Source: a virus (Duplodnaviria > Caudoviricetes). Taken from it: DNA of 35,920 nt. The translations under genes were made by a program, and so were the position numbers. The notes below the pieces were generated by a model. The model saw nothing but the letters and a program-made list of their open reading frames with translations, did not search any database and had not been told where the DNA came from. The DNA lies in the IMG/VR virus record IMGVR_UViG_3300026831_000002, positions 1 through 35,920 of that record; one strand, given 5' to 3'. This document shows positions 27,552 to 35,881 of the stretch, one piece after another; positions within the stretch are counted from its first letter, which is position 1; the number at the start of each line of letters is the position of its first letter.

Positions 27552-27606
27552 TTAACCTCTGAACGCCTTGAGCGTCAAATTTTTTACAAAAGGAGTTGAT
27601 ATTATG
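27552..27606 (+). promoter_or_regulatory. Com-box plus RBS-occluding hairpin of the tail fibre gene
   Basis: TTAACCTCT-GAACGCC-TT-GAGCGTC; GTCAAATTTTTTT can pair with AAAAGGAGTTGAT (one mismatch, G-U pairs). Confidence 0.62.
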
Positions 27607-28455
27607 GCTATACAGACAAGACGAGGCAATGCTATTGATTTTAATTCAAATAAAATGTTGCCAGGGGAGCCAGCTACCGTAATAGATGGTGGGAAAATTA
27701 AGTGGTGTGTATCACCTGGAAACGTAAAAACTATTGCCACGGTTGAGGATATGGCAAGTTCTATTTCGGATGCTGACCAAATTATTATTGATGAACTTAC
27801 CGCAGGAGCAAATGCGGCTGCAAATGTCGTTGAAGGCGTGTTAGATGGCGTTAATCATATCATCGATGATAATGGTACATATTATCAGCTTAATTCTGCT
27901 GATGGAGGTATGTATTTAAAAGAAATAGCACCAGATACAAATCCACCAGCTTCAACTACTATTTTAGATAATATAAGTAGTTTGCAAACAGACGTATCAA
28001 ATCTAGATGCTAATAAAGTTGCTAAAGCTGATATTGTTCAAACCGACACTGTTAACGATTCATCAAAAGTCCCTAGTTCTGTAGTTACATATGGATTAGG
28101 TCAAGAAATAGATGCTATAAATAACAGATTTATCGAAACAACGGAGAGCGTATCTTTTTCCTTATCAGGAGCAACCATAACCGGAACTGGTACATTAAGA
28201 AAAAATGATTATTTTGCTCAGTTTACTAGCGGATATGCAACATTTTCTGGTCTAACCGCAGGGGCATGGAGTACAATTGGAACTGTTTCAACTGTGTTTT
28301 GTCCAATTACACAAGTGACCATTACAATAAGTATATTTTCAGGATCAACGCTTGGATATGCTTTTGTAACTATAAATACAATGGGTAAAATTCAAATCAA
28401 TCCATCGTTGGCAACGTTTAATTGCTATATGCCAAGCTTTTTTTACTTCACATAA
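27604..28455 (+). CDS. Tail fibre/receptor-binding protein
   Basis: MAIQTRRG N-terminus, coiled-coil middle, beta-rich C-terminal head; ATG 27604 behind AAGGAG. Confidence 0.7.
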   Translation: MAIQTRRGNAIDFNSNKMLPGEPATVIDGGKIKWCVSPGNVKTIATVEDMASSISDADQIIIDELTAGANAAANVVEGVLDGVNHIIDDNGTYYQLNSADGGMYLKEIAPDTNPPASTTILDNISSLQTDVSNLDANKVAKADIVQTDTVNDSSKVPSSVVTYGLGQEIDAINNRFIETTESVSFSLSGATITGTGTLRKNDYFAQFTSGYATFSGLTAGAWSTIGTVSTVFCPITQVTITISIFSGSTLGYAFVTINTMGKIQINPSLATFNCYMPSFFYFT

Positions 28456-28486
28456 AAACATTTTATTTGCAGGGAGGAAATAAAAC

Positions 28487-28822
28487 ATGTCAGAAAAAAT
28501 AAAATTATCAAGCGGTAATGAGTTTAACCTTTTGCCTATGGGAATTTTAGAAAAAGATAGTATAAGATATTTTACTGTACAGTCTACAATAACGTCAGAA
28601 CAACTCAAAAATGAATTTTCTGATGTTGATGATATTCAGTACATTTTGGAAGATGGTTCAACCTATAAGACATATACAGACTGCATTGAGCTGTGGTTAA
28701 TCACAGAAAATCTTATTGACGGTACATACACAATTGGAATTTATTACAATCAGTTAGAAAAGGACAATAAGGCTTTGCAATCGCAAGTTGATGCTTTGAC
28801 AGCAAGTGCGCAATTAGCGTAA
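28487..28822 (+). CDS. Hypothetical tail-associated protein
   Basis: SD GGGAGG; acidic with C-terminal coiled coil. Confidence 0.6.
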   Translation: MSEKIKLSSGNEFNLLPMGILEKDSIRYFTVQSTITSEQLKNEFSDVDDIQYILEDGSTYKTYTDCIELWLITENLIDGTYTIGIYYNQLEKDNKALQSQVDALTASAQLA

Positions 28823-28873
28823 AACTCGGGATTGCTATAAACAATAAACAGATATATTTTGAGGAGGTATAAT

Positions 28874-30283
28874 ATGGCCGTTGGAGATAAAATATATATA
28901 GCAACAAAGGCACAGGTTGATAATGTACAAACACAGGTTAACCAGTTAGTGGTATCAGGTGATTCTTCTCCTGCTGCAGCACAGGCACAGGTAGGAGCCG
29001 ATGGAACGGTATATGGTAGCTTAAAGACCAGGCTTGATACTGAACATAATAAACATAGTTCGGAGTTGGCACAAATTGCGTATAACATCACAACGTTTGG
29101 GGCTAAATGTGACGGGGTAATAGACGACACAATTGCTTTCCAAAATGCTCTTAATCAAGGCAATGTAATCGTACCAAGAAATACTAATATTAAGTTAGGC
29201 ACAATAGTATTGCCGAATAATGGTAGAATTATTGACTTTAACGGGGCGACTATAACGGCTATTTCGTCTACTTTATTTCAAACAGGGGATCTTAATGTTA
29301 ATAGTTATTACGGCTATTTTACACTTAAAAATGTTATTATTGAACCACAAATAGCTGGTACGCTTATTGATCTCATTAACTGTATTAATATAAAATTTGA
29401 AAATATTCGCATTCCTCATATACTAGATAATAGTATTTATATTAATATAGTAAATGGATTTAATTGGGAATTTGACAGAGTATGGATTGGTAATGGCAAT
29501 GTAAGTAAAGCAATTAATTCATATGGCATAAAAGCAACTTGTGCTTCCAGTGTTAAAGTTGGTGTTAATAATATTACTAATTCTAATATTAAAAACTGCT
29601 TAATTCAACAAATTTCCAATGGTGTGTATATTGACCCGACAAATGGTAGCATTGATACAGTATCTTTTAATAATAATGGTTTTAGTTCGTGTGATACTGG
29701 TGTTTATATTTTGGGACCTTCTACTGGTGCTAAAGTTATTAGCTTGCGCGACACAAGAGTAGAAAATTGTACAATCGGAATTCGTAACAACGGAATGACA
29801 ACAGTTGAAAACTTCCATTGTTATAACACGACCACGGCTATTCAAAATGATGCAAACGGAAGATTAAAAACATTAGGAACTATTAATCTAAATTTAACAG
29901 CAGGTCAATATGGAATCGTAAATAATGGATATGGATTATTTGAAGATTCATGGATTGCTTATAATTCTGGAGTTTTATTCATTCTAAATACTCATACAAG
30001 ACCCTGGAACCCTCTTGCTGTTACAAATTCAGACCGAGTATTTACAGATGTTATTGATCCAATTTTTAACACGATTATTAATCAAAGCGTCTACTTTGAA
30101 TTTACCGACCTTCCAACAACCGGAGTGGCAAATGGTACGGAAATAATCATGTATGCTTCAGGAAGTTGGAACCCATTAGTATCAACAGGTGTTTACTATA
30201 ACGGGTTTAAATACGGAGCTTTGCGTTTAAAATTCTTAGGCGGAAAATGGTTGATTATTGGTGATAGTACAGTAGCAGGTTAA
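28874..30283 (+). CDS. Tailspike with pectate-lyase-like beta-helix (putative depolymerase)
   Basis: NITTFGAKCDGVIDDTIAFQNAL motif then Asn/Ile/Gly-rich repeats; ATG 28874 behind GAGGAGG. Confidence 0.8.
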   Translation: MAVGDKIYIATKAQVDNVQTQVNQLVVSGDSSPAAAQAQVGADGTVYGSLKTRLDTEHNKHSSELAQIAYNITTFGAKCDGVIDDTIAFQNALNQGNVIVPRNTNIKLGTIVLPNNGRIIDFNGATITAISSTLFQTGDLNVNSYYGYFTLKNVIIEPQIAGTLIDLINCINIKFENIRIPHILDNSIYINIVNGFNWEFDRVWIGNGNVSKAINSYGIKATCASSVKVGVNNITNSNIKNCLIQQISNGVYIDPTNGSIDTVSFNNNGFSSCDTGVYILGPSTGAKVISLRDTRVENCTIGIRNNGMTTVENFHCYNTTTAIQNDANGRLKTLGTINLNLTAGQYGIVNNGYGLFEDSWIAYNSGVLFILNTHTRPWNPLAVTNSDRVFTDVIDPIFNTIINQSVYFEFTDLPTTGVANGTEIIMYASGSWNPLVSTGVYYNGFKYGALRLKFLGGKWLIIGDSTVAG

Positions 30284-30327
30284 TTCATACTTGGTTACAA
30301 CTACGAACTAAATAACATTTTAAAATT

Positions 30328-30381
30328 AGGAGCCTTCGGGCTCCTTTTAAAGTTCAAGGCATCCATAAGGGTGCCTTTTAT
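30328..30381 (+). terminator. Tandem intrinsic terminators before the lysis genes
   Basis: AGGAGCC-TTCG-GGCTCCT-TTT and AAGGCATCC-ATAA-GGGTGCCTT-TT. Confidence 0.8.
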
Positions 30382-30415
30382 AATACAAAAAAATAATATG
30401 AAAGAAGGAAAGTAT

Positions 30416-30874
30416 ATGAACAAAGTAAAAACATTATTTACAGCATTCTTCTCAGCTCTGGCCGGATGGCTGGGGATACTTGCAATACCAGTATTAGTAT
30501 TAGTCATTTGTAATGTAATTGACTATGTTACCGGATTGGTAGCAAGTAAGTACAGAGGGCAGGCAATTAACAGCTATACGGGATTCCGCGGAATTGCTAA
30601 AAAGGTTTGTATGTGGTTACTGATCGGAGTGGGAGCTATGATTGACTGGCTGATAATCTATGCTGGGCAGTCGATAGGCATTGCAATACCGGTTAACTTT
30701 TTGATTGCCTGCATCGTGGCAATCTGGCTAATAGCAAATGAGATTATATCGATACTAGAAAATGTGGTGGATATCGGAGCTCCGATACCGCCTTTTTTGT
30801 TGCCTATAGTTAAGAACATTAAGAAGCAGGTTGAAGACAAGGCGGCTGTTAAGGAGGACGGAACTAATGAGTAA
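30416..30874 (+). CDS. Holin (toxin secretion/phage lysis holin type)
   Basis: IDYVTG, S..GFRGIAKK, NEIISILEN...G.PIP motifs; hydrophobic segments. Confidence 0.9.
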   Translation: MNKVKTLFTAFFSALAGWLGILAIPVLVLVICNVIDYVTGLVASKYRGQAINSYTGFRGIAKKVCMWLLIGVGAMIDWLIIYAGQSIGIAIPVNFLIACIVAIWLIANEIISILENVVDIGAPIPPFLLPIVKNIKKQVEDKAAVKEDGTNE

Positions 30875-31574
30875 ATTAACAGGGAAGGGCCTGGCAGACT
30901 TTTGCCATACCAAATTAGGCACCCCGTATGTTTACGGAGCAAAAGGCAGCGATGGAAAGCTGACTCAGGCATTCTTGAATATTTTGATACATTGTTATAC
31001 TGCTATGTTTACCAATATCTATATCGTAAAAGCGAAACGGTTTATTGGTAAGGTATGTACGGACTGCTCCGGCCTCCCTTGTTGGTACACTGGTAAGAAC
31101 TTGGGCTCATATCAGTTGTACAAAACGGCATCCGAACGGCATCCAATTTCTACAATCAATCAGGCACCGATCGGAGCTATTCTATGGGAGCCTGGGCATG
31201 TAGGAGTATATATTGGTAATGGTTACTGTATCGAAGCAAAAGGTATCGATTATGGTACTGTTGAATCCAAAGTATCCAAGACCAAGTTTACTCATTGGCT
31301 GCTATTTGAATACATTGACTATGATATGCCTGTAAGCTCACACAAGGTTCAGAATCCATACAAAGAGCCGGTTACTCCTGTACAGTTAGGATGTATCGGT
31401 GAAAATGTCCGCTGGGTTCAATGGGAGCTTAATGATGCCGGTATCAAAGTTGACATTGATGGGGAATGCGGACCGATTACTGTAAAAGCTATCAAGACAT
31501 TCCAGCAGAGCTGCAAGATAAAAGTCGATGGTAAAGTCGGACCGGCTACCGCAAAAGCTTTTAAAGCAGATTAG
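30867..31574 (+). CDS. Endolysin: NlpC/P60-like peptidase plus peptidoglycan-binding domain
   Basis: GTPYVYG, DCSGL, GHVGVYIG; VRWVQWEL...DGECGPIT..AIKTFQ...VDGKVG. Confidence 0.88.
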   Translation: MSKLTGKGLADFCHTKLGTPYVYGAKGSDGKLTQAFLNILIHCYTAMFTNIYIVKAKRFIGKVCTDCSGLPCWYTGKNLGSYQLYKTASERHPISTINQAPIGAILWEPGHVGVYIGNGYCIEAKGIDYGTVESKVSKTKFTHWLLFEYIDYDMPVSSHKVQNPYKEPVTPVQLGCIGENVRWVQWELNDAGIKVDIDGECGPITVKAIKTFQQSCKIKVDGKVGPATAKAFKAD

Positions 31575-31591
31575 TTTCGACGTCGAAACAG

Positions 31592-31628
31592 AACCCCTCA
31601 TTGTCATATAAGACTTTGAGGGGATTTT
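31592..31628. terminator. Hairpin between convergent genes
   Basis: CCCCTCA...TGAGGGG followed by ATTTT. Confidence 0.6.
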
Positions 31629-31629
31629 A

Positions 31630-32160
31630 CTATTCGGCCTGTTCTATATCAAAATCTATTCCATAATCGTAATAGTCTAACTTATTTCCATTGCTATCAA
31701 CTGGTTTAAATTCAACATTCTTTTTTTCGTTCACTTTAATTATGCCAATATTTGTTTTATCTTCATAAATCACATTATAATTTTCATCCATATAAAAGAG
31801 ATGGACCGTAACTTGTAAATTAAAATCATATACATTTCTTAATCTAACAATGATAGAATCATTAGATTCAACAAAATCAAAGATAAGATTATTATATGCG
31901 TCATCAATATTATACGTAGGTTCTACCACTGGCTCATCATGTTTGAATTTACTGATGTCTTGATCGGGTTTTACCTTCATTCCTTCAGGATAAACAATTT
32001 TACCACCTACCACATATGGGCTCCTTGTCTTTCCACGGCCATTATCGGAATAATCTGATGTATTGTGCTGCTTTTCCATAGAAAAATCTGTCGCAGCATA
32101 TGTCTGTATTGGAGTCGTACAAATTATTGATAATAATATTATAGCAATTATCTTCTTCAT
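31630..32160 (-). CDS. Secreted moron protein
   Basis: Signal peptide MKKIIAIILLSIICTTPIQTYA; SD AAGGAGG; beta-rich C-terminus. Confidence 0.75.
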   Translation of the reverse strand: MKKIIAIILLSIICTTPIQTYAATDFSMEKQHNTSDYSDNGRGKTRSPYVVGGKIVYPEGMKVKPDQDISKFKHDEPVVEPTYNIDDAYNNLIFDFVESNDSIIVRLRNVYDFNLQVTVHLFYMDENYNVIYEDKTNIGIIKVNEKKNVEFKPVDSNGNKLDYYDYGIDFDIEQAE

Positions 32161-32259
32161 AATATAACCTCCTTTAAATTAATTTAATTATAAATCCATA
32201 ATCTGTTATTGTAAACTAATTTTTGTAATTCAATTACATCTTTTGTTTATGATTGTATT

Positions 32260-32347
32260 TTACACCGTTTTTAGTGTAATTAATATGGGTATATTCGCCA
32301 AATTTAGTGCAATATTTTTATGCATATTTACATTGATTTCGGTGTAA
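32260..32347. promoter_or_regulatory. Three 20-bp palindromic operators
   Basis: TTACAC-N8-GTGTAA (32260), ATTCGC-N8-GTGCAA (32293), TTACAT-N8-GTGTAA (32328). Confidence 0.65.
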
Positions 32348-32386
32348 ATCCTTGGTACAATTAGTTTGAAGGGGGAGGGGATTACC

Positions 32387-32599
32387 ATGGGAAGAATTGT
32401 GTACGATAAACTTTTTAAGGTTATGAAAGAAAAAGGAATCAATAAATTTGATTTGAGAAAACAAAAAATTATCTCTGAAAGTACGTTGCAGAATATTAGA
32501 GATGGTCGCGGCATAACCACTGATGCAATCGGTAGGCTGTGCAAGGCTCTTGACTGTCAACCAGGGGATATCCTGGAATACATAGATGATGATAAATAA
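32387..32599 (+). CDS. Small Cro/C1-type HTH regulator
   Basis: YDKLFKVM...ISESTLQNIR...LCKALDCQPGDILEY; ATG 32387 behind GGAGG. Confidence 0.85.
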   Translation: MGRIVYDKLFKVMKEKGINKFDLRKQKIISESTLQNIRDGRGITTDAIGRLCKALDCQPGDILEYIDDDK

Positions 32600-32752
32600 A
32601 GAACCCAATGCATCTCTCTCCAAATACACAGGGCTCTTTACTCTTCTATCATTTATCTAAGTTAAATCCAAGAATATTGTAACATTGATGGGGTTATTTG
32701 TAAATTGGTGGGAATGACGAAAATTCAAAAGGGAGTTATACAAAATAAATAG

Positions 32753-33223
32753 TTATAAGTGATATTTAAATATTATTAACAATATATCTAATAGAAAAAT
32801 GCCACCATATATAGGTATTAAAGATTTGGTTATCATTGCCCTAATAACGTATGGCTCATGTTTTTCCTTTTTGCTTCCATCAAGAAGCCACATATCTTTT
32901 TCATATGGATTAAGATTATATAGAAATTCACTATTTCCCTCTAATCTCTTAGTTATAACCCATTCATATTTCCATTTGTACAGTTTTTCTTGTTTTATGA
33001 AAAAGGCATCTAGATACCAAAATGCTAAATCAATCAGCAAAACAATCAAGCAAATATAGAACCTGCTGATATTTTCAGGTAACAGCGCAATAAACGCTAT
33101 AATTAATGTCAATAACCATCCTTTTAGCATGAATGAATTATTCGCCATTCTAGTAATGCACGATTGAATTAAGTCTATTTCTTTATGTAATTCTTCATTC
33201 GTAACTATTTCTTTTTTATCCAT
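32753..33223 (-). CDS. Membrane protein, candidate effector of the TIR module
   Basis: IQSCITRMANNSFMLKGW, FWYLDAFF..QEKLY; about three hydrophobic segments; ATG 33223 overlaps the end of the TIR frame. Confidence 0.75.
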   Translation of the reverse strand: MDKKEIVTNEELHKEIDLIQSCITRMANNSFMLKGWLLTLIIAFIALLPENISRFYICLIVLLIDLAFWYLDAFFIKQEKLYKWKYEWVITKRLEGNSEFLYNLNPYEKDMWLLDGSKKEKHEPYVIRAMITKSLIPIYGGIFLLDILLIIFKYHL

Positions 33224-34017
33224 AAATACCCCCTGGTTTAGGTAAATATTTATCATAAAGATATATTAATGGATGTAAAGAGTTTTTATTATTATTTTCC
33301 CATTCCGATAATTGATTCCAGTTTAGCGGCTCAAGATCGTCAAAGCTTACTTCATATTCAAAAACAGGAAACGCTGTATTGGATTCAGCTATGTTATCAT
33401 GAGCAAATGTAGCTCTTTTCTCTACTTTTCTATGCATTTTTAAATATTCTGGAGTGATTTTTCTTATAGTTTTTATTGTAGATAATTCGTTATATCCATG
33501 GCGATTCGGTTACTTTAAATAGAGTATCTTCATTTTTTTTAATTGAATTATCCGTATTTAAAAAGAATACACATTCGGATTTATCAATCATAGTATTCAG
33601 CGCTATGGCCAACATATTATGTATATGACTTGTGGAATAATTTCTTTTAGTGTAATTATAAGTATCTCTTTGATGGTTATAACAATATCTTTTATCTATG
33701 CTATTAAGTAATTTATCACAATACCCCCAAACACATGAGTCAATAAAGCATTCTAGATTAAAATTATCTTTTAACCATCCTGCCAACTTAATAGCAAGTT
33801 GCTTATCTTTGCTTGAGTGACTTATAAATATATCAGCTTTTATTCCTGGGAACCAATCAAATTGCATTTTTGTAGCATCAATTGTTCCATCGGGCTTAAT
33901 ATATTTCTCAATTTCGTTTTTTATAACATACTCGTTGCTATTATATATCTTGTTGCCTGAATCAAGTAATGAGTAGTTTAGAAAACTGTCAATTTTTAAA
34001 CTGAAAGCAGTATACAT
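33216..34017 (-). pseudogene. TIR-domain protein, frameshifted at ~33490
   Basis: DIFISHSSKD, FIDS.VWG, CVFFLNT, SPWI then TAA; the shifted frame continues ELSTIKTIRK... in frame with ORF 33216-33437. Confidence 0.8.
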
Positions 34018-34039
34018 ATTTAACCCTCCCTTCCCCATA

Positions 34040-34067
34040 ATTCTACCACTTTTTACCATGGTGTCAA
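34040..34067 (-). promoter_or_regulatory. Sigma-A promoter of the TIR operon
   Basis: TTGACA-16-TAGAAT with extended TG. Confidence 0.65.
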
Positions 34068-34160
34068 TATGGATACTGGAATTTACATAATAAATCAAAA
34101 CAAACAAAAAAGAGACCTCCGTAATGGAAATCTCCTTCATGTAATGCCTTGGTGGCTAGT

Positions 34161-34350
34161 GCGGTTACTTTGCGGTTACCGCTACATATGTCTAGTATGC
34201 AAAGCCCCTTTCTATCGGCATTCTCGACAGCTCGTAGGGGAATCGAACCCCGAGAAATGACGATTAATAATTGTAATTTTTATTGTATTCATCGTTATTT
34301 GATTGATTTTGCGAGCTGCTATTTTGCGGTTACTCGCGGTTACTCGGTTA
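34161..34350. mobile_element. attP-like site: tRNA 3' fragment core with arm repeats
   Basis: Minus strand GGGGTTCGATTCCCCTACGAGCTG (34228-34251) is a T-arm plus 3' acceptor strand; GCGGTTAC at 34161, 34172, 34326, 34336; adjacent to the integrase stop. Confidence 0.8.
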
Positions 34351-34355
34351 AATTA

Positions 34356-35543
34356 TCAGATAGAAACTGCTTTTCTTATCTGCTCCATTTTTGTTTCACT
34401 GTTCTTGTTACTATAATAGTAAAATTTTCTTGTAGTAGTTATATCAGCATGTCCCATTTGCTCCATGACTACGCTATCATCACAATCATTGTCGATTAAG
34501 GTTGTCCCATATGACCGCCTTATTTTATGCATTGATTTTGTTTTAATTCCTATAGCTTTGCACATTCTGGATAGTGCATCATTATAAGTCCCAGTTAAAA
34601 TTCTTTTTCTGTCTTTCTCAAATAAATATTCTCCGAATGGATTTTTCTTATGTGCAATTTCTAAGGTTTCAATTGCTGAATCTGTAAGATAAAGGTTTCG
34701 ATATCCGGCATCTGATTTTGTAAATTCCACAATTTCGTGTACGCACGTTCTTGATATCTCGTCCTTATACTTTATTTCCATCCTTTGAATTCGAAGTCTG
34801 TTATGATTATTTCGGTCGGAATATTTTAAAGCCGCCAATTCTCCAACTCTAATGCCAGTCTGAAACGTTAGCAATAATCCCAAATTTTCTATTGTTGGAT
34901 TTGACTTTAAATATTCAGTGGCTTTTACGATTTCATCTTCTAAATAAACCTGATCTTCCTTATTCTTTATTTTTTTATTAAATATTTTCTTTGGAAGTTC
35001 CAAGTCTTTCATAAAATATGAAATACTAATATCTGTACATTTTTTCTTTTTTGCGTGTTTAAAAATTCCTAGAACCAGTGTGCGTAAGCCTGCATATCCT
35101 TTTTGGCTTAATTCGTTTTTTACAATAGATTCCTTGATGAACATTTCTAACTCATCATCCATTATCGAACGAATTTTTCTATTCTCTATATCAGAACCAA
35201 CGAAAAATCGTTTATAGTCATTTTCATATCTATCATACGTTCCTTGACATATTTCTGTTGATTTTAATTTACAGTCAATCCAGTCAAGGTATACTTCTTT
35301 TAACGTAGGTTCTTCCTCGAGGTTTTTATAAAATTCGCATACTGAATCTTCTATTTCTTCTTTGCTGTTTTTCTTTTTTAGTGTTCGGTTGCTGTCATCC
35401 AAGTGGGTATACCACTTTCCGTTTTTACCTTGCCAAATATTATTAGGATGTAATGATAAATAATATTCGCGCTTTTTCATCTCAACTTTTTGTTGCATAC
35501 TAGACAGGTCAATCATATCATGACTAATCGCGTATTGCAACAT
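34356..35543 (-). CDS. int: Tyrosine integrase
   Basis: TGIRVGEL (R), TKS (K), HKIRRSY, QMGHADITTTRKFY catalytic motifs. Confidence 0.93.
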   Translation of the reverse strand: MLQYAISHDMIDLSSMQQKVEMKKREYYLSLHPNNIWQGKNGKWYTHLDDSNRTLKKKNSKEEIEDSVCEFYKNLEEEPTLKEVYLDWIDCKLKSTEICQGTYDRYENDYKRFFVGSDIENRKIRSIMDDELEMFIKESIVKNELSQKGYAGLRTLVLGIFKHAKKKKCTDISISYFMKDLELPKKIFNKKIKNKEDQVYLEDEIVKATEYLKSNPTIENLGLLLTFQTGIRVGELAALKYSDRNNHNRLRIQRMEIKYKDEISRTCVHEIVEFTKSDAGYRNLYLTDSAIETLEIAHKKNPFGEYLFEKDRKRILTGTYNDALSRMCKAIGIKTKSMHKIRRSYGTTLIDNDCDDSVVMEQMGHADITTTRKFYYYSNKNSETKMEQIRKAVSI

Positions 35544-35594
35544 GGAAAAATCTGTGTTAATAATAATCTCCCCTTGACTATCAGATTTATATGA

Positions 35595-35626
35595 AAGCCC
35601 CAGTGAACATAATTACACCGGGGCTG
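35595..35626 (-). terminator. Hairpin upstream of the integrase
   Basis: AGCCCCGGTG...CACTGGGGCT then TTC; weak U tail. Confidence 0.5.
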
Positions 35627-35647
35627 TAATTATTCATGTAATACATA

Positions 35648-35881
35648 TTAATAGGAAGATTTTCGTTCCTTTCTTGTTTTCTTCCTCTCTGCCCTCTTAT
35701 CCCAAAACTCATTAGGTTGTTTCTGCAGCTTATCGCAATTCCTCCGAATGCATCTATGTATATTTAGTTGTTTAACAGTCAGAAATCCACGATGATATTT
35801 GCAATACGCTACTGGCTTGCTTTTGGTATGGTTGCCGTCAATGGTTGTCCAGGTAAATTCAGTTTGTTCCAGTAGAATCAT
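35648..35881 (-). CDS. Hypothetical basic Cys/His protein
   Basis: YCKYH...HRC...C; AAGGAGG present but abutting the ATG, so the start is uncertain. Confidence 0.6.
   Translation of the reverse strand: MILLEQTEFTWTTIDGNHTKSKPVAYCKYHRGFLTVKQLNIHRCIRRNCDKLQKQPNEFWDKRAERKKTRKERKSSY

Noticed and set aside
25352-30283. Diversity-generating retroelement or invertible tail cassette
   Set aside because: No reverse transcriptase and no template/variable repeat pair seen. The serine recombinase is ~20 kb away and no inverted crossover sites were noticed around the fibre genes.
30398-30418. Holin/antiholin dual start (MKEGKY-M)
   Set aside because: The upstream ATG has no SD; only ATG 30416 does.
33216-33437. 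Independent 73-aa gene
   Set aside because: No SD; it is in frame with the displaced C-terminal part of the TIR gene.
34228-34251. Complete tRNA gene
   Set aside because: Only the T-arm and 3' acceptor strand are present, with no D or anticodon arm; treated as the att core.
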